The translations under genes and the position numbers were made by a program. 64,000 bases of DNA from Octopus vulgaris (Eukaryota): contig OX597825.1 of NCBI GenBank assembly GCA_951406725.2, positions 124,001-188,000 of the forward strand. The letters run 5' to 3'. Positions 1 through 12,329 of this stretch are shown here, one piece after another. How positions within the stretch are numbered: the first letter of the stretch is position 1; the number at the start of each line of letters is the position of its first letter. Below the pieces are notes generated by a model. The model saw only the letters and a list, made by a program, of their open reading frames with translations. It had not been told where the DNA came from and searched no databases.

Positions 1-390
1 CGAAATACAGCTACGCATTTTGCCCAGCGTGCTAACGTTTCTGCCAGCTCGCCGCCTTTTTTCACCAGCTGGACGCGACACCAGTCCATCGCAGCGTTAC
101 TCATTTTTGCCAGCTGAGTGGACTGGAGCAACGTGAAATGAAGTGTTTTGCTCAAGAACACAACGCGTCGCCCGGTCCAGGAATCGAAACCACAATCTCA
201 CGATCATGGTGCTGGCACCCTAACCACTAAGACACACATACCCGTAACATAGTTCTCAGGGAGATTCAGCATGACACAAAATATGACAAGGCTTGACCTT
301 TGAATCACAGTTACAACTCATTTTTGCCAGCTGAGTAGACTGGGGCAACATGAAATAAAGTGTCTTGCACAATGCACTGCTGAGAATCAA
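1..390 (-). mobile_element. Cluster of tRNA-derived SINE fragments
   Basis: The reverse strand shows tRNA-like heads (GGCGAGCTGGCAGAAACGTTAGCAC; TAGTGGTTAGG...GGTTTCGATTCC) followed by a core-like segment TGTGTTCTTGAGCAAAACACTT. Confidence 0.7.
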
Positions 391-657
391 AAATAAGAAT
401 AGATATTTAGAAAAAAATTACGAAAATGCTTTGGAAAAACAAAAGGTTTAATAATCAAGGCATTCTCCCATCTACATGTCGTCTTTTATTCATTCCTTTC
501 ACTCCTTTACTTTCTTTCCTTCATTTGTTTCTCCACCATTTTTATTATCTCTTTCTTTCTCATCTCTATGTTTCTTTCATCACTCCCACTCTGCTACTTT
601 CCTTCTTTTCGCCCCACTTCCATTACCTTATCTTCTTTTTTTTAGTTCCTTTCATCT

Positions 658-1053
658 ACCTATTTCTTTACTACCCACAAGGGGCTAAACACAGAGGGGA
701 CAAACAAGGACAGTCAAACGGATTAAGTCGATTACATCAACCCCAGTGCGTAACTGGTACTTATTTAATCGACCCCGAAAGGATAAAAGGCAAAGTCGAC
801 CTCGGCGGAATTTGAACTCAGAATGTAATGACAGACGAAATACCTATTTCTTTATTACCCACAAGGGGCTAAGCATAGACAGACATGGGTATTAAGTCGA
901 TTACATCGACCTCAGTGCGTAACTGGTACTTATTTAATCGAAAGGATGAAAGGCAAAGTTGACCTCGGCGAAATTTGAACTCAGAACGTAGAGGCAGACA
1001 AAATACCGCTAAGCATTTCGCCCGACGTGCTAACGATTCTGCCAACTCGCTAC
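658..1053 (-). mobile_element. Two tandem tRNA-derived SINE copies (family A)
   Basis: Duplicated block with B-box-like GAGTTCAAATTCC and shared body. Same family as the plus-strand copy at 54120-54345. Confidence 0.8.
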
Positions 1054-1479
1054 CTTAGTTCCTATCATCTGCCATTAGTTCATTCATTATCACTGCTCTC
1101 TCTCTTACTTCTTGCATTATTTCTCATCACTCTCTCTTATCTCTTTCAATTCCATTTATTCCTCCTGGTATTTCCTTAATTCCCATCACCTCTTATCTCT
1201 TTTGATTCTTCTTCCAGCCCACATTATTTCATTCCTATCACCCTTTATTTCTTTCAATTTCATTCACTCTACCCCTCCTCCACATTAATTCCTTCATTTC
1301 CATCTTCTTTCTTTATCTCTTTCAATTCCATTCACCTCACTCAGGTATTCATTTTGTCATTCTTACCAACTTCCTTCATTTCTTTCAAGTTCATTAACTG
1401 CCTCCCAACTCTCAATTATTTAAAAAAAATTTCACTCATTCCATCTTCCATATTATTATCAGTTTTCTTCCTTATATCA

Positions 1480-1720
1480 ACTCCCTTCTCAACAGTTCTA
1501 TATTTTCTTCATCGCCTTCACCTCTACCTCCGACATTTTCTTCATTTCTTTTTCTTTCACCGCCACATCCGACACCTTATTTCCTTTTACCTCCACTTCC
1601 GACATTTCCTTCTTGCCTTTCACTTTCACCTCCATCATTTCCTTCATTGCTCTCACCTCCGCCTCCAGCATCTCCTTATTTTCTTTCACCTCCGCCTCCA
1701 GCATCTCCTTATTTCCTTAC
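1480..1720. repeat. Degenerate ~33-bp pyrimidine-rich tandem repeat
   Basis: Repeated TTCACCTCCGCCTCCAGCATCTCCTTATTT-like units. Confidence 0.7.
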
Positions 1721-1739
1721 CGTCTTTCCCGTCCCCGTC

Positions 1740-1852
1740 GCCGCCTCTTAAAGCTCATGAATATTCATATACCGCCACCACGTGACCGAGTCGTCTGCCT
1801 TCTTCCAGATTCAACAACAACACAGGTCCGGCCCAGAACATGGTTGACTGTC
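1740..1852 (+). promoter_or_regulatory. Candidate promoter and non-coding first exon of the PAM/PHM gene
   Basis: Short CpG-richer unique segment. It carries the palindrome ATGAATATTCAT (1757-1768) and the E-box CCACGTGAC (1778-1786), and ends in a consensus donor TC|GTAAGT at 1853. The first coding exon has an acceptor upstream of its ATG, which implies an upstream exon. Confidence 0.5.
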
Positions 1853-2126
1853 GTAAGTATGTCGCCGTTATATTTAGTAACATACTGTTAGAGTCTTGGA
1901 AGGTTTAAAACCATATTGTTGACATTAATTTATCGTTATTAGTATTATTAAGTCGTATGTTGAAATAATTTCCCTCAACTTTCAGTGTTATGTGTTTTCT
2001 TCGTATCTTTATGGTCATGTTTATCTTGGCACAACCGTCATATATAATGTATACACGTGTGTGTATATATGTGTTTATACGTGAGTGTATGTGCATATAT
2101 AACTATATATATATATATATATATAG

Positions 2127-2161
<35 letters not shown>

Positions 2162-2499
2162 GGTGCTCCAGCATGGCCGCAGTCAAATGACTGAAACAAA
2201 TAAAAGAATAATATATGGTTGTGTATATGTTTATATTAATAAGGATCAGATCTTTATTTAAATTCCGATCTTATCAGGAGGCCAGCATGGGAATAAAAAC
2301 TTTCAAAGCTAATAATTATTATTAAAACGATAATTTAGGGTAGGGATCTAAGAGATACACCAAGTCAAATTTTGGCTGCTATTTCCAGCGTGGTGCTATC
2401 TCTTAGATACCCTAAATTATAATTTTAGTTGTGTATATGTGTATAATACATGTATGCAGCTATGTTTGTGTGTGTGTGTATATATATGTGTAGTGCTAG

Positions 2500-2553
<54 letters not shown>

Positions 2554-2554
2554 C

Positions 2555-2760
2555 CCTTTTACTCTTTTACTTGTTTCAGTCATTTGACTGTGTCCATGCT
2601 GGAGCCTTTACTCGAGCAAATCGACTCCAGGACTTATTCTTTGTAAGCCTAGTACTTATTCTATCGGTCTCTTTTGCCGAACTGCTAAGTTACGGGGACA
2701 TAAACACACCAGCATCGGTTGTCAAGCGATGTTGGGGGGACAAACAGACACACACAAACA
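2555..2760 (-). mobile_element. SINE family B, 3' half
   Basis: Same body as 53478-53850 (GACTGAAACAAGTAAAAGAG tail; AAGAATAAGTCCTGG segment). Confidence 0.75.
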
Positions 2761-3402
2761 TATACCCCCCCCCACACATATATATATATGTATATATATA
2801 TATAGTTAATCCAAACAAGAAAACACACAAAAAAAAAAAAACAACGCGAGGACGTGGAACAAATAAAGTATTATTGGACGCTCAGGAAAGAAGGGAAGAA
2901 GGAGGATTTAACGTCTCGAGCGGAGCTCTTCGTCGGAAACATAGAAGGGAAGATAGAGGAAAAAAATCGCCAGCGGTACTCACGAGGTCACACATATATA
3001 TATATACACAGTACATAGATGTATATATATATATATATTTATATATATATAGTACTGCTTATACATAAATTTCACACACATATGTTTACACAATAGAGTT
3101 CGAGGTACGGTTGTAAACAATGTGGGGTCCTGATTAAGTTTTCCCTTCAGCCGAGGTTAGCCATATCAGGCAGACCTGTAATCCTGTCGTGACCAACCTG
3201 TTTTTAATTAAAATTTTTCCCCCAGTATTACGTTCCTCTGCACCACATTATCGATTATGTGTGTGTGCGTTTTGAAAGATGGTAGGATGTGATAAGAGGG
3301 GAAATTTGGCTGCAGTTTTTAGCACGTCAAACGTCTCTGTCGGGCTTTCATTCAACTGGAGTCCTGACGTCACATACCCGCCTACGAATCCATTCATAAT
3401 TC

Positions 3403-3444
<42 letters not shown>

Positions 3445-3447
3445 CTG

Positions 3448-3720
3448 GGTACTACTTGAGAACAGTGGCCCCGGTGCGCGCACTCGCGTGGTCGCGCATC
3501 CGCGCTAGCTAGTCGTGACTAGTCGATCCTACAACGACTACCTAGCGAAGTAAATAAAACACAAAATAAATATTATTTTTACACAAAGTAAATCATTTTT
3601 GTTAAACAAACTAAATAACGCTCAAAAACACAAAGTAAGGATCGACTAGTCACGACTAGCTAGCGCGGATGCGCGACAACGCGAGTGCGCGCACCGGGAC
3701 CACTGTTCTCAAGTAGTACC
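3448..3720. mobile_element. MITE / foldback element with 83-bp terminal inverted repeats
   Basis: 3448-3530 and 3638-3720 are inverted repeats with 2 mismatches, starting GGTACTACTTGAGAAC, around an AT-rich spacer. No clear TSD. Confidence 0.85.
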
Positions 3721-4289
3721 GAAGAAAAATATACTAGAAATCGAGTAAAGTTGTTTGGCTCCCATCTGGAATAGACCTGTGATTTAAGGACATTCCATAT
3801 GTGTCCATCGTCTTTTTTGGCGGTATGTAGATTATTACTCGATTAAATAAGTACCATTTACGCACTGGGGTCGATATAATCGACTTAATCCGTTTGGCTG
3901 TGTTTAGCCTTTTGTGGGCAGTAAAGAAATAGGTATGTAGATTATTACGTTATCTAACGTGTTCTATTCCTTGTTATAAGACTGTAGGGTTGATTTGAGG
4001 GAAATTTAGATGTTGTTTCTTGCGGGATGATCTATCACGTACAGTCTCTCTTCGTTGGCTCGTATCATGAAAGTCGGGTAAAATTTAAACGAAAAGTAGA
4101 AAGAGTTGATAAAAATTCGACTTTGTAGAGGAAGGAAAAGCGAGTTTTATCTCTTTGAATCAGAGCTTGAAGAAATAATGAAAAGTGTATTTGGAAGTCA
4201 GTGTGAATGAATGAACTCCACTACTTCAATCATAGTTCCTCCTTACCTGGTCGAATAATGTTGTTCCACTATACTGTATTCATATTTGT

Positions 4290-5955
4290 ATTTACGAACG
4301 TATGTGTGTGTGTATACGTATATGCATGTAAGAACATGTGTTTGTACTTGAGTATATATGTGTCTATACGTATGTATATGTGTGTTTATACGTACGTATG
4401 TGTGTTTATACGTACGTATATATGTGTTGTTACGTATATGTGTGTCTATACGCCCCTATATCTGTGTGTCTATACGCACGTATATCTGTTCATATACGAA
4501 CATATGTGTGCGTAAAAGCACATATACACACGATATACGCACGTTTGTGTGTGTATATACGTACGTATATATATGTATGTGTGTGTATATATATATACAC
4601 ACACACATATACGTACGTATATATATGTGTGTATATGCGTACGTATATGTGTGTGCATATGCGTACGTATGTATATGTGTGTGTATATGCGTGTGTGTAT
4701 GCGTACGTATGTATATATGTGTGTATATGCGTACGTGTATGTGTATAACTACGTATGTCTATGCGTACGTATGTGTGAATATTTACGTACGTATGTGTGA
4801 GTATATACGTACGTACGTGTGAGTATATACGTACGTACGTGTGAGTATATACGTACGTACGTGTGAGTATATACGTACGTACGTGTGAGTATATACATAC
4901 GTACGTGTGAGTATATACGTACGTATGTGTGAGTATATACGTACGTATGTGTGAATATATATACGTACGTATGTGTGAGTATATACGTACGTATGTGTGA
5001 GTATATACGTACGTATGTGTGAGTACATACGTACGTATGTGTGAATATATATACGTGCGTATGTGTGAATATATATACGTACATATGTGTGAATATATAT
5101 ACGTACGTATGTGTGAGTATATACGTACGTACGTGTGAGTATATACGTACGTACGTGTGAGTATATACGTACGTACGTGTGAGTATATACGTACGTACGT
5201 GTGAGTATATACGTACGTACGTGTGAGTATATACGTACGTACGTGTGAGTATATACGTACGTATGTGTGAGTATATACGTATGTATGTGTGAATGTGTAC
5301 GTACGTATTTGTAAATATATACGTACATATGTGTGAATATATACATACATGTGTGAACATTTATGTACATATGTGAGTGTATATACGTATATGTGTTTGC
5401 AAATATGTACGTATGTATGTGTTTGTGTGTATACGTACGTATGTGTGTGTATACGTTTGTACGTATGTGTGTGTGTGTATGTACGTACATATGTGTGTGT
5501 CTACGTACGTACGTGTGTGTATTTGCGTACGTACGTATGTGTATATACGTACGTATGTGTGTGTGTATCTACGTACGTTCGTACATGTGTGTATGTACGT
5601 ACGTACGCACATATGTATGTACGTACGTACATGTGTGTGTATGTACGTACATGCATGTGTGTGTATGTACGTACGTGCATGTGTGTGTATGTACGTACGT
5701 GCATGTGTGTGTATGTACGTACGTGCTTGTGTTTGTATGTACGTACGTGCTTGTGTTTGTATGTACGTACGCACATGTGTGTGTATGTACGTACGCACAT
5801 GTGTGTGTATGTACGCACGTGTGTGTGTATGTACGTACGTACGCTTATGTGTGTCTATATACGTACGTATATGTCTACATATACGTGTAGGAGTGTTTGT
5901 GTATACGTATGCATATATAGGTATGTATGTGTCTACATGTGTGTATATATATATA
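4290..5955. repeat. Alternating purine-pyrimidine micro/minisatellite with a 22-bp unit core
   Basis: TACG/TATG/TGTG simple repeats. The unit GTGTGAGTATATACGTACGTAC is tandemly repeated at about 4795-5280. Confidence 0.95.
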
Positions 5956-5956
5956 T

Positions 5957-6540
5957 CATCATCATCATTTAGCGTCCGCTTTCCATGCTAGCATGGGTTG
6001 GACGGTTCAACTGGGGTCTGTGAAGCCAGAAGGCTGCATCAGGCCCAGTCTGATCTGGCAGTGTTTCTACGGCTGGATGCCCTTCCTAACGCCAACCACT
6101 CCGCGAGTGTAGTGGGTGCTTTTTACGTGCCACCCGCACAGGTGCCAGACGGAGCTGGCAAACGGCCACGGACGGATGGTGCTTTTACGTGCCACCGGCA
6201 CTGGGGCCAGGCGAGGCTGGCAACGGCCACGAACGGATGGTGCTTTTTACGTGCCACCGGCACAGAGGCCAGTCGGGGCGGCGCTGGCCACGGCCACGAT
6301 CGGATGTTTCGCTTACTTGTCACCGGCACTGGTATCACAGCTGCAATTTCCATTGATGTTGATCGACTTCGATATTGGTTCTGCTTTCTGACATCTGATT
6401 TGATTTGGTTTGATTTTTATTTTGATTTTCACTTGCCTCAACGGAAGGAAAGGTATGTGTAAGTCGACTGGCTACATACCAGGTAGAGGCCACGGGTTAT
6501 GGTCTCACTAGTCTTGCCGGGTCTTCTGACGCACAGCACG
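5957..6540 (-). mobile_element. 5'-truncated RTE LINE (3' UTR plus ORF tip)
   Basis: (CAT)n tail, the shared CGTTTAACGTCCGCTTTCCATGCTAGCATGGGTTGGACG terminus, and internal hairpin repeats. Confidence 0.85.
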
Positions 6541-7709
6541 TATTACGTGTGTGTGTATATATACATACATATATATATATATATAATTATTAATTACGAT
6601 ACATAAATTTATTATTATTACATATAATTTACTTTCTGAAGTAGTTTTGTAAGACAAAATTTTATCTAATAGTTAGGAGTTTTATTTGTTACGTATTATT
6701 ACATTTAAGTAAATACTTTTAATATTAATTGATATTTTGGTTAATTCTGTATGTGAGTGTAAATTTAACTCTCTATATATACTATATATAAATTAATAAT
6801 ATTGTAAGTTTAACTAATAGGTGTGTATATATTTGAACCATTTTCTATTTTTAATTCTTGTAGTCATAGTTTGTAGTAGCATTATTATGTATATAAGTTA
6901 GCATGAAGTTTTTTTAGTATATATCATTTAATTAGAATATGATTTAACTTAGATGTTTATTAAATAAATAAATAATTTAATTTAATGTATATAGATTAGA
7001 TTATAGTATTTTAGTTTCACTTAATGTATATTTTGTATTTTTTATATATATATTTATTTTGTTTTAATTACTTGCTTTTGAATTTTCTAGTAACGATATA
7101 TTATAGTTTGTTATTTTTTTCTTGTATAAGTTAAAATTTATTTTCATAGATGTAATAAATATTTGTATCTATTTCTTCTAGTTTTATTTATACCACATTT
7201 TTAACGAAATAAATTTTATAAATAATAAGTTCTATGTATTAAGGATAAAGATTTAGTTAGCAGAATATATTAAGATATTTCGTGTTTGTATTTTATGATA
7301 TATTATTGTATTTTGTTCGATTTTTATTGTAAAATTATGTATTTTTATATATATTTATATTTTCTTACAAGATTATAAACATATATTTATTTATTTAATT
7401 ATTTTATTGTTTTAATCTTGGACCTGAAGAGTGACTAAATTTAAATTGAATTGATTTTACTGTTATCAGTTTGAAAATATAGCCATAAAACACATGTAGT
7501 CTTTTTATCAATTATATTCTTATTATATACTTTTTATTTATTATTTTGTACTTAATTATTGGTATATGTTTTATTGTATATTTAAATGAAGACTATTGAA
7601 AAGGTTGCAAGACGCAACGAAAATTTGTGGAAATTTTATCAGTGAGTGTGTTAAATTATAAGGCACAAAAAGAAAATGACTCTCCCCAGATACAACAGAA
7701 TATTTATAT

Positions 7710-9175
7710 ATCATCATCATCGTTTAACGTCTGTTTTCCATGTTAGCATGGGTTGGACGGTTCAACTGGAGTCTGGGAAGCCAGGAGGCTGCACCAGGTA
7801 CCAGTCTGATCTGGCAGTGTTTCTACAGCTGGATGCCCTTCCTAATGCCAACCACTCCGTGAGTGTAGTGGGTGCTTTTTATGTGCCACCAGCACAGGTG
7901 CCAGGGGATACTGGCAATGGCCATGATCGGTTGGTGCTTTTTACATGCCACTGGCACAGGTATCACAACTACAATTTCCATTTGATCTTTATTTTGATGT
8001 TGATGTACTTGACTCAATAGGTCTCCTCATGCACAGCAGGTTGCTTATGATCCAAGGTAAGCACAGCAGGCCATCCTGCAATCCAAGGTACTTTGGATGG
8101 GCTGGGGCTGCTATGTGAAGCTGGTGCAGGAAACAGCCATGAACTCACATTATTTGTCGGGTCTTCGCAGTCACAGCATATCTCCGGAGATCTCGGTCTT
8201 TCGTCATTGCCTCTGTGAGGCCCAATGTTCGAAGGTCATGCTTGACCACCTCATCCCATGTCTTCCTGGGTCTACCCCTACCCCAGATTCCTTCAACTGT
8301 TTGGGAGTGGCACTTCTTCACACATCTCTCCTCATCCATCCATAATACATGATCATACCAGCGCAAACATCTCTCTTGCACACTACATCCAATGCTTCTT
8401 ATGTCCAGCATTTCTCTCAGGGCGCCCACTACTAACTTGGTTACCTAGGTAGTGGAAACTATCAACTACTTCCAGTTTCTTCCCCTGGAGTGTGATGGAA
8501 TCTGTTTTCTGAGTATCTGTGATGTCTATTGTCCCTGTGCATCTGCCGCACATGAAAGCTATCTTCTCGGTTAATTTTCCTTTGATGTTGCTGCACCTCG
8601 TATGTGCTGCTACGCCAGTCATTGGGTATGACAGTGTGGGTGACTAGGCCATAACCCACACCACCAGATGTTTTAAGCATCTCAGCACTAGGGAGCTGTC
8701 AATTGGGATAGCTGGTCCGTTTACTGGGTCAACATTTGGCAGGCTCTCCTCCTCCCATTCATTCTCCAAATTCAGCAGTCTTTCATAATGGTTTCTCCAA
8801 GCCTTTTTCTTTTCAGAATCATTAAAAGCAAGTACAACATCATCAATGCGGACACATTTCTCTCCTGTGACATCACAATTTTCTCTTACTCACTGTCTTG
8901 CAATCCGAAATACCTCAGTTCTTTGGTCCTCAACTCACTGGACATTGGCAAACGTTTTCTTTTCTGCTTCACTCTTGGCTATGTATACCTGCCGCCCAGC
9001 CTCCCTTTTGGCTACATGGTACAGTTCCCTGCTACCCCGATCCTTCCAGGCTTTCCAGGCCTGTTTCTTTGCTCCAATGGCTTTGTCTACTGTACTATTC
9101 CACCAACACATAACTCTAGGTCTGGAAGGGACTTTTCACCAACCACAGACTTGGTATGTGGCACTCAGCAAGCTT
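7710..9175 (-). mobile_element. Internally deleted RTE LINE remnant
   Basis: Contains the tail and 3' UTR, the ORF end (GRGRPRKTWDEVVKHDL), a PHD/LEVVDSFHYLG piece, an IPNDWRSS piece and the EN-RT linker WWNSTVDKAI..KKQAWKAWK. Segments between these pieces are missing. Confidence 0.85.
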
Positions 9176-10412
9176 TCCTAATAAGTAGGAAGGCAGGCAA
9201 ACCACAAATCCCTTCAGGTAGATTTCCCTGCTTGATCTGTAGAAAAGGCGTAGGTAGAAACTCTATAAGATGTATCCAGTGTAAGCTATGGACACATAAG
9301 AGGTGCAGCAATATCAAAGCAAGGCTAACTGGGAAGATAGTTTTTGTATGTGGCAAGATGCTCAGGAGCAATGAACACTGAAAATGTGCAGAGAACAACT
9401 TCCACCACATTCCAGGGAGTAAAACTAGAAGTAGTTGATAGCTTCCGTTACCTAGGTGACCAAGTCAGTAGCGGGGGAGGGTGCACTGAAAGTGTAGCTG
9501 CTAGAATAAGAATAGCCTGGGCAAAGTTCAGAGTGCTCTTACCTCTGCTGGTGACAAAGGGCCTCTCGCTCAGAGTAAAATGTAGATTGTATGACGCATG
9601 TGTGCGAACAGCCATGCTACATGGCAGGCAAACATGTGCCGTGACTGCTGAGGACATGCGTAAGCTCGCAAGGAATGAAGCTAATATGCTCTGATGGATG
9701 TGTAATGTTAGTGTGCATACTTGTCAGAGTGTAAGTACCTTGAGAGAAAAGTTGGACCTAAGAAGCCTCAGATGTGGTGTGCAAGAGAGACAACTGCACT
9801 GGTATGGTCATGCAGCGAGAATGGATATGGATAGCTGTGTGAAAAAGTGCCACACCCTAGCAGTTGAGGGAACCTGTGGAAGAGGTAGATCCAGGAAGAC
9901 CTGGGATGAGGTGGTGAAGCATGACCTTTGAACATTGGGCCTCACCGAGGCAATGATTACTGACCAGGACCTTTGGAAATATGCTGTGCTTGAGAAAACC
10001 CAGCAAGCCAACTGAGACCAGAACCTTGTGGCCTATGCCAGGGGTGTAACCAGCCCACTTATGTGTACCTTTTCTTCATTGGACACTAAACTCTGCTTGC
10101 GAAGACCTGTTGAGGCAAGTGAAATCGAAATCAAATTTGATGACTGGCATACATGCTAGTGGAGCGCTAAGAGTACCATCAGAGCATGATCGTTGCCTGT
10201 GCAATAAACTGGCTTCTGTGCAGGTGGCACATAAAAAGCACCATTTGAGCGTGTCCGTTGCCAGTACCACCTCGGAGTGATTGGTGTTAGGAAGGGCATC
10301 CAGCTGTAGAAAATCTTCCAGATTGAGATTGGAGCCTAGTGCAGCCATCAGTCAAAATCGTCCAACCCATGCTAGCATGGAAAGCGGACGTTAAATGATG
10401 ATGATGATGATG
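9176..10412 (+). mobile_element. 5'-truncated RTE LINE (PHD finger, RT C-terminus, 3' UTR, (GAT)n tail)
   Basis: CLICRKGVGRNSIRCIQCKLWTHKRC...LEVVDSFRYLGDQVS...RIRIAWAKFR...GRGRSRKTW, interrupted by frameshifts and stops. Confidence 0.9.
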
Positions 10413-11504
10413 ACATGAAAGTATGGCTGGATAGTTAGAAGCTTGTCTTAAAAATTTTGAATGCCAGCTTTGATCTCACTGTATGCCATCTTAAGTATAA
10501 TGTGTTCTTTTTGGTCTTTAGTTGACTTGAGCCTTGTGAGTGAAATTGGGTTACCAGTATGGAAAGCTCATTGGATGGGTTGTAATTACAATTAAAAGGG
10601 ATCATCCCTACCTTAGCCCTTTGTCATGCTGATTATCCTTTAGTTTTGTGTTAAGGGTACAAAGTATCTATGGAAGACATTGCTACCCACTCTATAATTC
10701 TGTGTGTATGTTATTTTGTTGATTAAATACTTACCAAAATTGATGGTGTCCCCCCCCCCCCCATTTTGAGCCAATAAGAGGAATGACTGGGCCAAGCATT
10801 AGAAAGCTTATGACGAACATGCTTGTTGAATATTGATAGTTTGTTGATTTAGGGATTTAGGAACATTGCCTAGCCATTAAAATCTTTGAAACGTTGTATG
10901 GAGAATCAAAACATATAACTTTAATAACTTTGAGCCAGTATAGGCCAAAGCCATGTCAACTTAATAGCACCACCTGGTGAAGTCTTTTAGTCATATATGG
11001 GGACCACGGAGTGGTTGGCGCTATACTCACGGAGTGGTTGGTGTTAGGAAGGGCATCCAGCTGTAGAAACACTGCCAGATCAGACTGGAGCCTGGTGCAG
11101 CCTCCTGGCTTCCCAGACCCCGGTCGAACCGTCCAATCCATTCTAGCATGGAAAATGGATGTTAAACAATGCTGATGCTGATGATGATGGTGATGATGAT
11201 GATGATGGGGGGGGGGCACCACGGTCCACTCTAACAAAGAGTTATTATTGTTGGAGACATATCCAGGTGTAGAGGTTGGTCTGGGATTTTAAAACAGTGC
11301 AAAAGCTGTGACAAGTAGTCTCTGCCATCATGGAAAACCATACTGGTTGGGGTTCAACAGATTGTCTTCAAGGAAGTGAGTTATTCACAGAGGGAGAGAA
11401 ATCAAAGAATAAAAACCCAAACCAACAAATATTAAACTGGTGAGGATAGCAACATGGTTACTTTCTTTTTCTTGTTTGAAACAAAACATCTGTGTTTTTC
11501 TATC

Positions 11505-12202
11505 AGATGTGGTATGCAAGAGAGACGTTAGCGCTGGTATGGACATGTACTGCAGATGGATGAGGAAAGATGTGTGAAGAAGTGCCACTCCCAAACAGTT
11601 GAAGGTATCAGGGGAGAGGTAGACCTGGGAAGACATGAGATGAGGTAGTCAAGCATGGCCTTCGAACGTTGGGCCTCACAGAGGCAATGATGAAAGACCG
11701 AGATCTCTGGAGATATGCTGTGACTGCAAAGACCTGACAAATAATGTGAGTTCATGGATGTTTCCTGCCCCAGTTTTGCATAGCCCCAGCCCATCCAAAG
11801 TACCTTGGATTGCAGAACGACCTGCTGTGCTTGAGGAGACCTATTGAGTGAAATACATCAACATCAAAATAAATATCAAATGGAAATTGTAGTTATGATA
11901 CCTGTGCCGGCGGCACGTAAAAAGCACCATCTGAACGTGGTCGATGCCAGCGCCCCCTTGACTGGCTTCTGTACCAGAGGCATGTAAAAAGTACCAGCCG
12001 ATCGTGCTGCTGCCAGCCTCCCCTGGCACTTAAAAAGTACCCACTACACTCACAGAATGGTTGGCGTTAGGAAGGGCATCCAGCTGTAGAAACACTGCCA
12101 GATCAGACTGGAGCCTGGTGCAGCCTTCTGGCTTCCTAGACCCCGGTCGAACCGTCCAACCCATGCTAGCACGAAAAACGAATGTTAAACGATGATGATG
12201 AT
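11505..12202 (+). mobile_element. 5'-truncated RTE LINE
   Basis: RT C-terminal remnant, 3' UTR and (GAT)n tail, ending about 70 bp before the exon 1 acceptor. Confidence 0.85.
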
Positions 12203-12329
12203 ATGTATGTTTGTATGCTTGTATTACCGCCTCCTTATATAATTCAACTTTGTAAATGATTTACTTTCACAGGTACTGAATTAAAATTCCTTTAGCTGCC
12301 CAGCTGGAAGGACCCTTTCCACAGTCACT

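Noticed and set aside
1354-1785. His-rich plus-strand ORF and E/K/M-rich coiled-coil-like minus-strand ORF
   Set aside because: Both arise from a 33-bp pyrimidine-rich tandem repeat, with no splice or homology support.
2240-2280. Half hammerhead on the minus strand (CTGATAA plus stem II)
   Set aside because: There is no GAAA box or stem III, so it is too incomplete to call.
4207-5991. Many long overlapping ORFs (up to 286 aa) rich in Y/T/H/V/C
   Set aside because: These are translations of a stop-poor RY microsatellite.
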